Assembly: GCF_006345805.1 (NCBI RefSeq)
Contig: NC_043009.1
Span: 35,402,001-35,466,000 of the forward strand
From: Octopus sinensis
Taxonomy: Eukaryota
DNA length: 64,000 nt
Direction: 5' to 3'
A model generated the notes under the pieces. It made no database searches. It saw nothing but the letters and a program-made list of their open reading frames with translations, and had not been told where the DNA came from. A program made the translations under genes and the position numbers. Position 1 is the stretch's first letter; each line of letters begins with the position of its first letter. This document shows positions 1-12,550 of the stretch, piece after piece.

Positions 1-335
1 CCCGTCTCTTGCAATTTCAATCAATTGTATCTTGTCCTCCCTCTTTTATAGAAGTGTGGCTACAATCCAGCCTACCTCTACTGCTGGGGGGGGGGGGTTG
101 AGGGCATTAAAATTTTTTTCCGGAACGTCCTACGTCCCAGATATAAAGGTAAAAATTAAATATTTCCACTTTGCAAGTTCGAGTCGAGTACTCGCTTGCA
201 TGCTCCGTTGACTCGAACCTTGCTTCTATTGTGGCGAATTTACCGCCTCTGGTTGGATATCTTTCATAGTCGCACCAAGACACTTTTCGATGGTGCTTTC
301 CTCCAGGTGTTCAAATAATTTTTCTCTACATTGTA
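1..335 (-). mobile_element. Tx1/L1-clade LINE ORF1 fragment, frameshifted, running off the left edge of the window
   Basis: Minus-strand translation across frameshifts gives RGGKFATIEARFESTEHASEYSTR...LYLGRRTFR. This aligns with RGIKFATLEIRFQIETIASQHSET...VYLGRRASR in the ORF at 43549-43866, which lies upstream of an APE domain. Confidence 0.6.
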
Positions 336-574
336 TACTTTATAGACAATAGTCTTTTCTTTAATTTAATTTTTTATTATCCATCTGGACTATTCCATTT
401 CTGCACGCTAATTTTATTTTTAATTTATTCCCATTCATGTGAAACCTCTTATTCATGTCCAAGTCATTGATGCAATTTTATACCAATTGCTATTTTTACT
501 TTTGTTATGTTACGATTATATTATACTTTAGTTTGATTTTAATTATTACATACTACATATAATTCAATTGTTAT

Positions 575-852
575 TATTATTTTTATTGTTAAAGTGAATG
601 CATCTGACATAAAATAGAGAAATGTTTTTGTTTCACTTTTAACACGTAATACTGAAATAGTGGAGAAGATATGATATTGCTATGGGCTCGCTCTGGGCAA
701 GAAGTTGAACATTTGTTTTTGCCCATGAAACTACATGTAAGGCATATGTAAAATTTGAATGAAATTGGTTGTGTAGTTCTCAAGTTTTAGGGAAACACAC
801 AGACAGACAGACAGACACACATTCTCAGTTTTATATATATATATATATATAA
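575..852 (-). mobile_element. 5' terminal part of a non-autonomous Helitron-like element
   Basis: Minus strand reads (TA)n-TATAAAACTGAGAATGTGTGTCTGTCTGTCTG...AACCAATTTCATTCAAATTTT, the 5' end plus microsatellite architecture of Lep1/DINE-type Helitrons. No 3' hairpin or CTAG was found. Confidence 0.5.
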
Positions 853-1026
853 GTTTATGAACTTGAGTTACAATATTCCTGATGCGAAACCGTGTGTTGA
901 AAATAGATATTGTATTTCGGAACCGTCATTTTGTTTCTTTTTTTTTTTGGTTGGCTGGATGCAAATAAACACACGAACGATTTCCCCTCGTTTATTACTA
1001 TTCTTCTTTTAAATCATATCCATTGT

Positions 1027-1066
1027 TCGGAAATCTTCCGTCACACATGTTTGACTTCTTCAGCGA
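1027..1066 (-). ncRNA. Degenerate minimal hammerhead ribozyme-like motif (PLE pLTR)
   Basis: tcg-CTGAAGA-a-gtca[aacatgtg]tgac-g-GAAG-atttc-cga. Stems I and II pair, but GAAA is GAAG and stem III is poor. Confidence 0.35.
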
Positions 1067-1418
1067 CACTGTCCTCGTGTGTGCTCCTGCTCTGCTTAGT
1101 CCATTTTCTTCTTCTATAATGTATATCATAATATGCGCATGCGTTTGCGTCTGTATTTGTGTGTGTATGTATCTGTAAGTCGTTGTTCTTCGTAGCACTA
1201 TGACCCTCCCTTCACGCCAGCCGCTTCACCCGTAGCCGCTGTTGCTGCCCTTGACTCCGACTTTTGATACTGTTCCTGTATCTCTCTGTTTGTGTGTTCG
1301 CCCAAGCTGCTCCCATCGTTATAGCTGCTGTTGCTGTTGATATTGCAATTGTTGCCGTTGTCGGTCGTGTTGCTGATGTTGTTGTAGCCATCTGTGAAGT
1401 TACTGTATGTGTGTTTAT

Positions 1419-1520
1419 GTCCTGTACCCATATATGCCTGTATATATACATATAGATGTAGGTACGTACATATATGTATGTATATATGCATATGTTTATA
1501 TATTATTTATATTATATGAT
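1419..1520 (+). repeat. Interspersed repeat tail shared with 38078-38180 (probable PLE pLTR 3' end)
   Basis: gtcctgtaccYatatatgcMtgtatatacatatagatgtaggtacgtacatatatgtatgtatatatg is near-identical at both loci. Confidence 0.75.
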
Positions 1521-1550
1521 CGAACGCCACGCATCCTTTGCCAAGTAAGT

Positions 1551-1585
<35 letters not shown>

Positions 1586-1617
1586 ATATATATATGTATG
1601 TATGTATATATATATAT

Positions 1618-1750
1618 ACGACGGGCTTCTTTCAGTTTCCGTCTACCAAATCCACTCACAAGGCTTTGGTCGACCCGAGGCAACAGTATGAGACATCTGA
1701 CCTAAGGTGCCACACTGTGGAACTGAACCTGAAACCGTATGGTTGGGAAG
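1618..1750 (-). mobile_element. tRNA-derived SINE family A, partial (5' half)
   Basis: acgacgggcttctttcagtttccgtctaccaaatccactcacaagg matches the full-length copy at 54062-54501. Confidence 0.85.
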
Positions 1751-1941
1751 TATATATAGCGTAAGTGCTGTAGTTGGTCGACCATTAGGTTCCAAGATCA
1801 CAGCTAAGGCTGGATCTGGGGATACGTGTTAGGATTCCGTTATATCCTGTATATATTATATGAGAGGAACACTCAAAACGATGGCAAAACGAGTATCTGA
1901 AGTCAATTAATATAATTTAATTTGTGTAAGGTGAATTTGAA

Positions 1942-2016
1942 TTCTTACAGCTGTTTCTGGGATAACTCAAGTTGTTGTTTAGCATGTCCGTGTTCTGAGT
2001 ATCCTGCCATCAAAGA
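1942..2016 (-). ncRNA. Degenerate hammerhead motif
   Basis: tct-TTGATGG-...ggatactcag...cttgagttatcc-ca-GAAA-cagctg-TA-aga. Palindromic stem III ACAGCTGT is intact; the core is mutated. Confidence 0.45.
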
Positions 2017-2756
2017 CACGGCATGAACATTTTTTGCGGGGAAAATTTACAGATTACAAGGAATAAAATTTACAGATTATAACGAATAGAATAAAAGAAT
2101 AAAGTAGCAAAAAAGAATAAAAAGTAAAAATAGTAGCATATAGGCAGGAGAATAATGTTCACAACTCCTCTTCTTCCAGACGATATGGCTGTTGGTCGCT
2201 GCTTCCATGAACGTACAGGCTTTTAGTTAAAATTATATATATGTATGTGTGTGCGTCTGTGTACACTTTCCTTATTCTTCTATCTCTCTATCAACAAAAC
2301 TATCTTAGAAACTTGCTAACTTCAACTCATAATTTTAAATTTTATATTCTTTTTGGATTTTAGATTTCTTGGTCTTAAATTTTAAGTTTAGGTTTTAAAT
2401 TAAAATTTTCAATTTTACGTTTAATTCTTAATCTTTTATCTCATATCATTTAATGGATATGAAGCTTGAAATACAATTTTAGATAAAGACATTAAACTAT
2501 TGTTCTTATAACCTTACCTAGATTGGCCTTCAATCCCCACTCTACTGAAACTCTAACGTTTGACCTATAACCTCCATACATTACTGACATATTTATATCG
2601 TTACTTTTACTTTTATTTATTTATATATTTTTTATCGTATTATTTTTCACCCTGTTACCTCTATCGTGTTTTATTTTTATTCCGTTTCTCCTCTCTCTCT
2701 CACACACTCACTCACAAAAGCCATTTAAGATATATCTGCCATTACCACATCTTTTG

Positions 2757-2845
2757 TTTTATTATTTTTATTATTTTGATTTATATTTTTATTATTATTT
2801 TGATTTATATTTTTATTATTATTTTGATTTATATTTTTTATTATT
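2757..2845 (+). repeat. 24-bp tandem repeat, about 3 copies
   Basis: Unit ttgatttatatttttattattatt; it appears as IILIYIFI repeats in the spurious ORF 2560-2988. Confidence 0.85.
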
Positions 2846-3309
2846 TTTATTATTTTTTATATTTTAATTTATATTTCATTCTTATTTTTCCCTTTTACCA
2901 CTGTCTTATTTTTTTAATCACTTCTCCTATCTCTCTTTCTCTTTCCCCCACTTCTCACTCTCTCTCTCTTTCATACACCCACTCATAAAACCCATTTGTC
3001 CATCATACCTTCTCGCTTTATATACACATGTGCAATATGGATACATCATTCAGAACACTGCCAAAATATTGCCTGGATTTACTTGAGATTTTAACTAAAA
3101 ACCTGTACCTTTATGGAAGTACCGACCAACACCCATATCTTATGGAAAACGATGAGTTGTAAACATTATTCACCTGCCTATATTCTTCTAACTACTTTTA
3201 CTCTTTATTCTTGTATTTTACTACTTTATTCTCCTATTTTATTCCTTATAAACTGTGAATTTTATTTCTTGTAAAGTAAATTTTCGTCTTCTAATATATT
3301 CATACCTTC

Positions 3310-3383
3310 TCTCTTATGACGGATTACCCAGTGCATGGACATGCTAACCAAACGCTTGGGTTATCTCAGAAACAGTTATAAGA
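3310..3383 (+). ncRNA. Degenerate hammerhead motif
   Basis: tct-CTTATGA-cggattaccca...tgggttatctca-GAAA-cagtta-TA-aga; partner of the 1942-2016 motif. Confidence 0.4.
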
Positions 3384-3492
3384 TTTCAAATTAATTTTAC
3401 CATGATTAAATTATTCTATACGACTCGTTCTGCGTTGGGTTTGATTTTTCCTTTAAATGTATTATATATATATATATATAATACATTATATA

Positions 3493-3532
<40 letters not shown>

Positions 3533-3582
3533 ATATTACATATAACCAGGCCTAATTTCGTAGAACATGATTCATGTAAGAA

Positions 3583-5718
3583 TAGGGCCTTGCTAAGACA
3601 CTATACAATATATTTTAGAAGATTCGTGAGTTTGTAATGTGAACGTTGTTTTCGGAATCCATTCATTCTAACAGCTTTTTCTGTCTCTCAATATTCCAAA
3701 CATAAACAAGCATGAGGCTAAATATTTGGATGCGTATTAAATACATACAATTTTAAATAGTACCACACATTTACACATGAATTAAAAGCGTCTCTAGTAT
3801 AATAAATATTGTTAAATACGTACACTAATGCATATGTTTTGTGTATTTTACGGTGGCTATAATGGCGTGCGAAGTATATAACTCTCATGTCGCCCGTTTT
3901 TAGACACCTTAGAGTCATAGACAGGCGAGATAACTCACCCTCAATCCCATTTGAGAATGATGGACATCGATATTTCACCATTTTTGTGACTTATCAACAC
4001 CATCTACCCGCCTGGCTTCACAGTGAGTCAGCTATCCAGTCCAATAGCTTATATGCTCCTGAGCAGGTATGCCCGGAAATTGCACACATAAGAGAAGAGC
4101 TTTTACTTCATAGACGTAGAGCCTATAAGAAACACCACGAAAGGCCATATTCCTCACTGCTACAAACACAACAATTGGCAAGATACATTCTAACACTGCA
4201 CTAATAATGAGGTCTCTCCTTCTCCACTAAAGCAATCGCCTGTTTGTCAAGAGTTGAGGCTGTTTTAAGGAGAAATTCTCGCTCCTTCCATTTCATCATA
4301 TGCTGCTTGTAGTTCATTCATTTCTCATGTTGTTCTAATGTCTTGCTCAAATATTGCCAACTGCTGACTCTTTTAGACGTTAGTCTCATTATTTTGCGAA
4401 CAAACAGCTCGCATCATGTTGAATTTTGATACAAGCCACGTTCGAACTATCGTTTCGCCATTTGGCAGCATCTTAAAATAGAAGTCGGAATTGAATCTGC
4501 GGTTTTCTTTTGATTTAGGAAATTCGCATTTTTTTACTTGAAGAACTCCAAGTTTCATAATGTCAGTACGCGTGCCATCGGATATAGTTTCTGGCCAAGA
4601 TCCGGGGTCAGTAGTGATAGTGACTGCTTCTTGTTGCACAACCATATCTTCAGCAATAGGTAAAGGTTGTTGACAGAATGCATCATATAAATCCTTCACA
4701 TTTCCCTCCGCTGCTGAAAATGTAGCAATCTGCTGTGAATTTTCATCGTATCCACGCTTTTTTTGTTGCTTGGCGTTTCCGTTGTTATTTGCTTGCCTGT
4801 CTTCTCCGGGTATTGGTTCATTGCTATTCGATGATAGTAATGTTACCGATGTATATTGATCCATAATTTCAGCCATACGTTTCCTGTTGTTTGGCAGTTT
4901 CTCTCGGTTTTTGCGCTTTTGTGCACCGGCTACATGCTTTCGGAACGACATCACTTGAGATCTGAAATGCAAGGTGCTCAGTAAAAATAGCATGAAATTT
5001 ATTGCACAAGATTAATGCAAGATCTACAAATAATGTTACATATACACGTAATAATTAGGGCCTTATCAACAAGTATAAATATGTATCTTGGCCTACATGT
5101 ATTTGGTTATGACAAACAGATACAACTGATACAGATACAAAATACAAGTGTAATGTGTGGACATATGTATAGCTACAGAACATGCAGTGAAATATCAATT
5201 TTAGAAAATGTGTTAAACCCAGTTCTGCCCATTGTGCCATTTAGAGGGATAGTTCATTTCTGGAGCATTTTTTTTTCAAATAAAATTTCAAATAATTTGT
5301 TTTCCACACAGTTATCGCGGATGCTTACGTTTCACCACTAAAGAATACTGTTACCATATTTCAGTGGGTTTAATAAAAACAGCTCCATGTCGAAAATTTT
5401 AAATTCAAGTTCAATTCGATCGTATTAACAAAATATCTTTTCTGGAAATATCGTTTCCTTTTTCAATTTATGTGAGCAATAAAGACCAAGGTATTCAAAG
5501 CCTATTTATGTAGAGGCGTTCGTGGTACAATGTAATATTTTTACAAGAACTTTTGTGGGTACAATATATCATCCTTTTATTTCTTGAAATTTTCAGTTGA
5601 CAGTTTAATTCTTGTTCAACATATTTAACGAAAGTAAATAGATGTCTCATCTACGTACTTTGATCTTAACATGGGGCCTCTCAACTGCAGGGGTTGCAGG
5701 GGCTTAGCGACGACCCTG
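3583..5718 (-). mobile_element. hAT-superfamily DNA transposon remnant (Tip100/ZMYM1-like)
   Basis: Transposase pseudogene inside. Right end reverse-complements to CAGGGTCGTCGCTAAG; candidate left TIR tagggccttgctaag at 3583. No 8-bp TSD match, so the left boundary is uncertain. Confidence 0.7.
4080..4993 (-). pseudogene. hAT transposase N-terminal region (TTF-type zinc-finger region), with stops and frameshifts
   Basis: DPGSWPETISDGTRTDIMKLG...FPKSKENRRFNSDFYFKMLPNGETIVRTWLV, then in other frames WQYLSKTLEQHE...W.E.E..LKT..TLDKQ and VRNMAFRG..LY, typical of ZMYM1-like hAT transposases. Confidence 0.85.
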
Positions 5719-7680
5719 GTTGTATCCCTATATGTTGTGTTTAAAGTAATTAACTCACTACTCCTGACTATATCGCATCTCACATTTTCTCTCTTCTTCA
5801 TGTTGTCTATGTCTTTATTTTTATCTTTTTCGTCCTGTCTCTTCCTTTCTTTTTTCTTTCTCTCTCAAAAATATACGAGCTATCCCTGTCAATAATAAAT
5901 TAAAATCTCCATTTCAGCCATTCTTTTATTTATATTTTGAGTTCTATGTAAAATAGAAAATTGAAACAATGACTCGATGCCAACCCTGGTGAGAATGACG
6001 CAGATGAGAGTATGTTGGAGAGTAGGAATAGGAGGAAAAGCAAGAAGATGGAGAAGAGGATAGTGATGATGATGATTATAAATATCCATTTAGAACATCT
6101 TTTGCAAATATCTAACTCGTCCTCCGCATTTGATCTCGAAATTTGTTGTTATTGATTGAAATTACGATAATTTTACTAAAATTTCTAATTAATTGATCGA
6201 ATGTACTCTAACAAACTATAACCAGATATATTTTCTGCAAGTGATTTTATAAACGATTGCTTATTAAAACTGAAATATAAATATGCAAAGCAAAAACAAA
6301 CAACACAAACTAGTTTAGACTCCGCTATGAGATTGGCAAACACTTTGCAGTGGAAAAAAGCCAGCAACATTCGCTCCATCTATTACACTATCTTGCTGGT
6401 TTCTTTCCTCAGACTTGAATCTTTGGTTCCGATAGACGAAAGAGAGCGGCAGTCAGGTGATTGTGAATTATCAGCGACCGATGTAAGAAGGAATATCACT
6501 GTTAATGACTGGTATTTTAATCTTTTCTGGCACCTCTGAGTTGTATGCAAATTCGGAAAGTTTGTCGGTAGATGGAGATAGGAGCACTTGGAAACTGTCC
6601 CCAAGTTTAGGATGCAGTACACTACAGACGCAGGGAATTCAGTGGTGATTCAGCTGAGTGCATTCTCGTTCTGCGAAAACTAATGGACATTTTATGTGAC
6701 CAGTTGAAAGAGATAACATCAGGAGGGTCATTCATATTAATTGCTTCATCTGTTCTATGACATCTGTCTCGCTAAAAGAGATGTGTCATGAAAGATCTGT
6801 ACGACAATGCACCATAGTATCGTACGCTTGTACGACAAATATGCCCCTCTTTAAATATCCATAGTTAGAATATCCAATGGCAAACATTAGAAAATTAGAA
6901 AAGTTTAAACAGCAGATTTTATAGCTCCTACTCTTATGCATTCTAAAAGATAACCCATAACGGAGCAGGGGTTAAGTATTAAGTTTGGGAATATTTTCCA
7001 AACGGTTTTTCTACACATCTAGTGAATAAAGAAACCGGTGTAATTTACTTATATATGTACATGCATTCAGTATAGAGACACACACATATATGCACACAGG
7101 ATACACACACATGCACACACACACACATTTATATCTATATTTACACGTGCGAACATGCACATATGCATGTATAAACGGTGAACAATTAAGATACATAGAT
7201 ATTAAAATCAAGAGAAACATACTTATTGAAGAACGATGTGCGCGCCTGTATTTTATCAGTGACATCAAGTATTATCAAACATTCATATGCTTACATTCTA
7301 TGTACATTTATTAAGGTGATCCTTTTAATATGATTCATTATAAGAATGCTATTGGCTATCACCCACCCACACTGACTCTGTACTGTCGCTAAGGAAACTA
7401 ACTCCTTAATTTCCTGAAATATTCAAATGGAACCAAACATTTAATGATAACCATCCCAGGGGATATTGCTTTATATTTTCATTTTCTGAAATCTCTAGTT
7501 ACAGCAATTTCAGGAAGTTTATCGCCCATATAGTACTGTACAGTAAAAAAAAGTATGAAATTTCCGAATAGAATTGGTTCAGAGAATTTTCCGAAAGTGC
7601 TAAGTGGTGTTATGTACTTGCTTATTTTAACCTACTTTCCTGCTTTTTTTGGTTTACTGAGATTTAATTCCAGGGTGCAT

Positions 7681-7725
7681 ATAGAACAGTGTATATATAG
7701 AACAGTGTATATACAGAACAGTTTA
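7681..7725 (+). repeat. 16-bp tandem repeat, about 2.7 copies
   Basis: atagaacagtgtatat repeated. Confidence 0.8.
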
Positions 7726-9627
7726 ACTACTTCATGCCCACCCCTTGTCTCACTCTCTTAGTGCAGTCTCTGTTGAGGTATTGCCTTCATTTGTTTCTTA
7801 ACAAATTGCATTCCAATCACGAATTGTTTTCTGAAAGATTTTCTAAGAAAATTACTATTTTTAAATCTCACAATGAAAGATATTCTGTGCTGTAAAGGGA
7901 AATAACCCGGAAATCATGATACGCAGATATTGTTTTGAGCTGAGTGGGGATGCTAGATTCCCTTGTTCGAAAAATGAATGGACACAGATCATGTCGTATA
8001 GCCAGCTGGAGACGATGTTTCCTGGGGCTAAATTACAGCAACATTCGTCTTAAACCAGGACTGCCATGTTATGTTGGCAAACAGCCTTTACTCCAAAAAT
8101 TTTCTTGTTTATAACATTGTATGTGTCTCCAGGATATACGAAGGATAAAAACGAAGGATTTGCAGAACCCTTAGAATGTCACCCAAACTGGATTACGATA
8201 TTTAGTTAGAACATATTATTCTTTGATTCTTTTATTCTTTTACATGTTTCAGTTCTAAGACGGGGGCCATGTTCAGTTTTTGAATATTCCGCTCACCCCG
8301 TATTCTATCCGGGCTCGAAATTATAAGCCAGCTACAACCAAATACAAAGCAGAAATCGCCTGTCGATGTAGACTTTTTGGCACTAAAAGCTGATACAATT
8401 CCATCTTTTTATTCGTATTTGTGAAAAAATAATTAAATAATTAAATATAAGGAACTAGTTTATTAGGATGCTGGTTTACTAACAATAATTACTGTTTTAC
8501 GCCTGGCGTTTAATGTACTGATCTTTGTAACTACAGAAGGCAGCGAAATCACAGAGACCGTGTCTATACGACATAAAATAACTGCAAAAGAAAAGACCTC
8601 AAGTACTCCTGCTGCAGGAAAAGCAATTAGTAAAGTGGAGATTAAAATAATTAATGTCATAATCTTTTGTCTGATGAAAAGCTTCAGAAAAACACTATCC
8701 TTTTAAGACAGAGGACATTAGGATATTAGAGATTTGCTGCAAATGAGGGGAAAAGCTTAACTGAAAACCTGAAAATATGTTTTCATATGTGAATATTTGA
8801 AAATAAAAAAGTGTCTTGGGATGCGGAATGAGTAGATGAAAATCGATGGGATCTTTTAACTTTTTTTTTCGGCAACGAATTATATTTTATTTTCTCTGTG
8901 AATAAAATGTACCTAGAAGAAAAATGGTATTTTCAGGATCTTTCTCTGCATCGTTTGAATAATTTTAATGAGACATCAAACATTTGCGGTTCTTCTAAAC
9001 ATATATACTGTACTTTATCCATTGTATATATTTTTCATGTCTGTAAGCACAAGCGTTCACCAATACACACGCACACACAGACATACACACCCACTTACAC
9101 ACACATGCACGCACACACACACACACGCACGTGCACACATATACAGACATACACGCAAACAGAGAGACAGACATGTATGTATGTATGTAAAATCAGACAC
9201 CTTGTACTATCTACAAATGAAAACAGTTATGTATTTGTAAGTCTCTTAGTTTTGGAAATATCGTAATATTTTCTTTTCTTACAGATCTGTTGTGAAGAAA
9301 ATTTTTTGTAGACAAAACACTCATTAATTTTCATTTACTCTAAGAGCAACTTATTTAACTTGCTGTATGTAACAACTTATCTGCAGAACACATAAATGGC
9401 CTCCCTATTAATTCGGCTGTAACACGTTGCTCACCTACGAATTTAATTTATCAGCAAATAATTGTATAAAGCTTCAGCTTAAATCCTTATATCTGATGCC
9501 GGAATTGTACCGAGACATTTACTGTTATTTTGAAGCATTACAACTGTGAATAATAATCAATGTGTAAACTTCCAAATATTCTCTTGAATAAACAAAAAAA
9601 TTCTCTTAAAACATTCATATGCTTACG

Positions 9628-9633
9628 AGATAG

Positions 9634-9697
<64 letters not shown>
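9628..9697 (+). repeat. (GATA)n microsatellite flanking the Tx1-like LINE 3' end
   Basis: Direct reading. Confidence 0.95.
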
Positions 9698-11167
9698 GTT
9701 TCTTTATTGGCCACACAGGGCTGCACACAGATGGGACAAGTTACAAGGTAGAGCTTTTCTTTTGGGGGATGAAAAAAACAAAAAACAAAAGAAAAAAAAG
9801 GTGGCGTAGGTTTTCGATCAAAAGGGATCGTAAAAGGGAAAAGAGAAAAAAAAGGAAAGAAAAAAAGAAAAAGGAAGAGGAACAAAAGAGAAATGAAAAA
9901 AGAAGAAAAAAGAGGAAAAAAAGGAGAAGAGGAAAAAAGACGATCAATAGGAATCGTGTATCACAGTGTCATGATGTATGGTGTAAAGAGGAAAGCAAGT
10001 AAGGTTTATGCGTGGGAAGAAAAGCCTACGAAAAAGACCACGGTAACCTTGGTCAATATTGTTATACGTTACCACATTTGTTTGCAAGTGGGTGACCCTC
10101 TGTTTTCAATTTCTGGGTTCATAGGATTATGCTCAAGGTGGCTTCGTCATTCATACGTGCCATCCTTGCTACATTCACCCATCTTTTTTTAAAACATTCG
10201 CTAGACAAAACTTGCCTCTCTACTCTCACTTTCCTTTTCAAGTGGTACTTGAAGAAGTTGATGAGAGGTTGACCAGAGAGGAAAGTGTTTGTCTCCAATC
10301 CTTTCAGACGCGTCCACCAGATACATTCTTTCGCCATAGCCACAAGGATGATGAAAATAGCTCTTCCTTCCCGTTTGAAGGAAGGAGGCGTGACAATATT
10401 GACTCAGCTGATAACCGACTCGTCCCACACGTGACAACAGTTCGACATAAGCCCACAGTTCGGAAATTGTTGGACACTGCACGAGTGCGTGCAGAACGGT
10501 TTCGTCGCTCTGACCGCATCTCGGGCAGGTCGGCCCCGTGTTTCTCGAGCCGTGTCTGTAGAGCTTATCGCGAACGGGTAGCGCTTCTCGGTAGCACTGC
10601 CAGGCCAGGGATCTCTGGAAATTGTCCATGGGCCCTGGCCCAAAAGTCGTCCCGAACAGGCGGGTCAGGTATTCCTCGTCGACGTCCAGGTTCGCCCCGA
10701 GCTCGTCGTCGTACCTCCCCTCCACTAATCCTCTATAGAATGCTTTGGTTGTGATGGAGTCACTCAAGGTTGACCCAGGACGGCAGAGTTGCTTGAGAGC
10801 AACGCGACATTCGCGGTGCCATTCGCCCTTCCTCGGCCTCTTTTTGATCCACGATTGCAGTTCGGTCATGGAGACGAGCTGCGGGAAAACGTGCCTCACA
10901 AACGGCGACCACACCTGTTCACCGTCGTCTACGAAGAGCCTGAGATGTCGCAGTCTCAGCGCGTGTCTGTGCATCATCAACCACGGCATGCCCAGTCCTC
11001 CTTTTAACGGGTGTTGACAGCAAATGGATCGCCTGACCATCGGCACGCATCCTTTCCACAAGAAGCGAAAGAGAATGCATTCTAGTTTGGTGATGGTAGG
11101 GTCGGGACAAGGCACGACGGTCAGGCAGTAGTAGATGACAGACGCGATGTACGTGTTCGCCACCTCC

Positions 11168-11168
<1 letters not shown>
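9698..11168 (-). mobile_element. 5'-truncated Tx1/L1-clade non-LTR retrotransposon (ORF2 C-terminus plus 3' UTR) inserted in (GATA)n
   Basis: ORF 10201-11361 contains L.CILFRFLWKG...GGLGMP...WSPF and the zf-RVT-type motif LPVRDKL...CPRCGQSDETVLHALVQCP; it continues in frame 10119-10343 (KRWVNVARMA). The 3' end reads ...ggccaataaagaaac. GATA arrays lie on both sides. Confidence 0.9.
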
Positions 11169-11235
<67 letters not shown>

Positions 11236-11310
11236 GGATGGATGGATGGATGGATGGATGGATGGATGGATGGGTGGGTGGGTTGGTAGAGAGGTAGGTG
11301 GGTAGGAAGG
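11169..11310 (+). repeat. Compound (GATA)n-(GATG)n-(GGGT)n microsatellite
   Basis: Direct reading. Confidence 0.95.
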
Positions 11311-12344
11311 TAGATAGGTAGGACATTTATCAATGTCCGAGAAACATATTATTGTCGTCACGAAATTAAATACAGGGCTTTATCTGCAGGTCTTTCGGTC
11401 CCTCTGTAACCAAATATTTTGGTGTTTCATTCAGACTGCCAAAAGTAATTGGCATGAACTACTTATAATTATGTAAAGAGTATTAAGCTATGTATAATAA
11501 CATTTACGGCACTGAGTAATGCTGCGTTGCAAGACTTTATAATTGGAACACCAATACACCATGCTGTAAAATTGAACGTTAAGTATCATTTCTGTACGGA
11601 GATAGTGAACTTTGATTAGGTTTGATATTTGTATACGTCATTCATTACTCATTTTCAATAACATTAATTTTCATGCGGATGGCTTTTTGAGGTGTCAATA
11701 TCTTTGTCGTAGTTGTCGTTATTGTTAAAACACAGGCCGGCCATAAATCCAACACGACTTCGCAAATACATTCAAGTACTTACTAACTTCTTAGTCTGCA
11801 ATAAAATACCCTTATTAAATCATTCAATACAGCCATTATCAAAACGGAAGAATTAGAAGTAAAAGTAAATTGGCTTCTGTTCCCAACATAGAAAACTAAA
11901 ATTTAAACAGTTCCTTGACTTTCTGAGAAATTTATGGCAGTGGAGACTTCTGGACATAATTCAAAATAATTCATTTGGCTTTTAATTACTCTGCCGACTG
12001 TTCGATTGTAAAATTGAGCCATCTTAAACAAATAAATAAATCATACTATTATGAATAGAATATTATGAATAGAAAAGGATATATACTTTTCAAGCAAGCG
12101 GGAAATCGTGTAAATAGAATCATGCAAACATATACACACGATTTTATATATACATATCATATACATACACATATACATCTAAACAAAGACAGACACCTGC
12201 TATACATACACAGAAATACACACACACACACACACCTATACATAGAAAGACAGATGTAGAGGTGTATATATATATATATATATATGTAGAGAGAGAGAGA
12301 GAGAGAAGTAGATAGAGAGAGTGGTATATATATATATATATAAA

Positions 12345-12358
12345 GATAGATATACGGC

Positions 12359-12435
<77 letters not shown>

Positions 12436-12465
12436 GATAGATAGATAGATAGATAGATAGACGGC

Positions 12466-12550
<85 letters not shown>
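12345..12550 (+). repeat. (GATA)n microsatellite
   Basis: Direct reading. Confidence 0.95.

Larger units (their letters stand above)
1850..3470. mobile_element. Old Penelope-like insertion with outward-facing inverted pseudo-LTRs (about 1850-2172 on minus, about 3158-3470 on plus)
   Basis: About 310-bp arms align at roughly 70% by eye (aacattattcWcctgcctatat...ttatcYcagaaacagYtRtaagaWttcaaatt). Each arm carries a degenerate hammerhead motif. Confidence 0.6.

Noticed and set aside
877-940. CTGATG-cgaaa…tttcg-GAAC
   Set aside because: Both core halves are altered and there is no stem I; too degenerate to call.
3575-3582. 8-bp TSD for the hAT element
   Set aside because: tgtaagaa does not match gttgtatc at 5719-5726; the left boundary remains uncertain.
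7890-8420. GC-richer island with possible plus-strand exons (…EPLECHPNW…/LRRGPCSVFEY…)
   Set aside because: It would need a 48-nt intron, I recognise no homolog, and alternative frames are equally plausible.
8463-8660. 65-aa minus ORF with a hydrophobic, signal-peptide-like start
   Set aside because: Hydrophobic starts are common in AT-rich random ORFs; no family motif or other support.
10212-11017. Plus-strand ORFs of 72-180 aa
   Set aside because: Antisense shadows of the GC-rich Tx1 ORF2 on minus.
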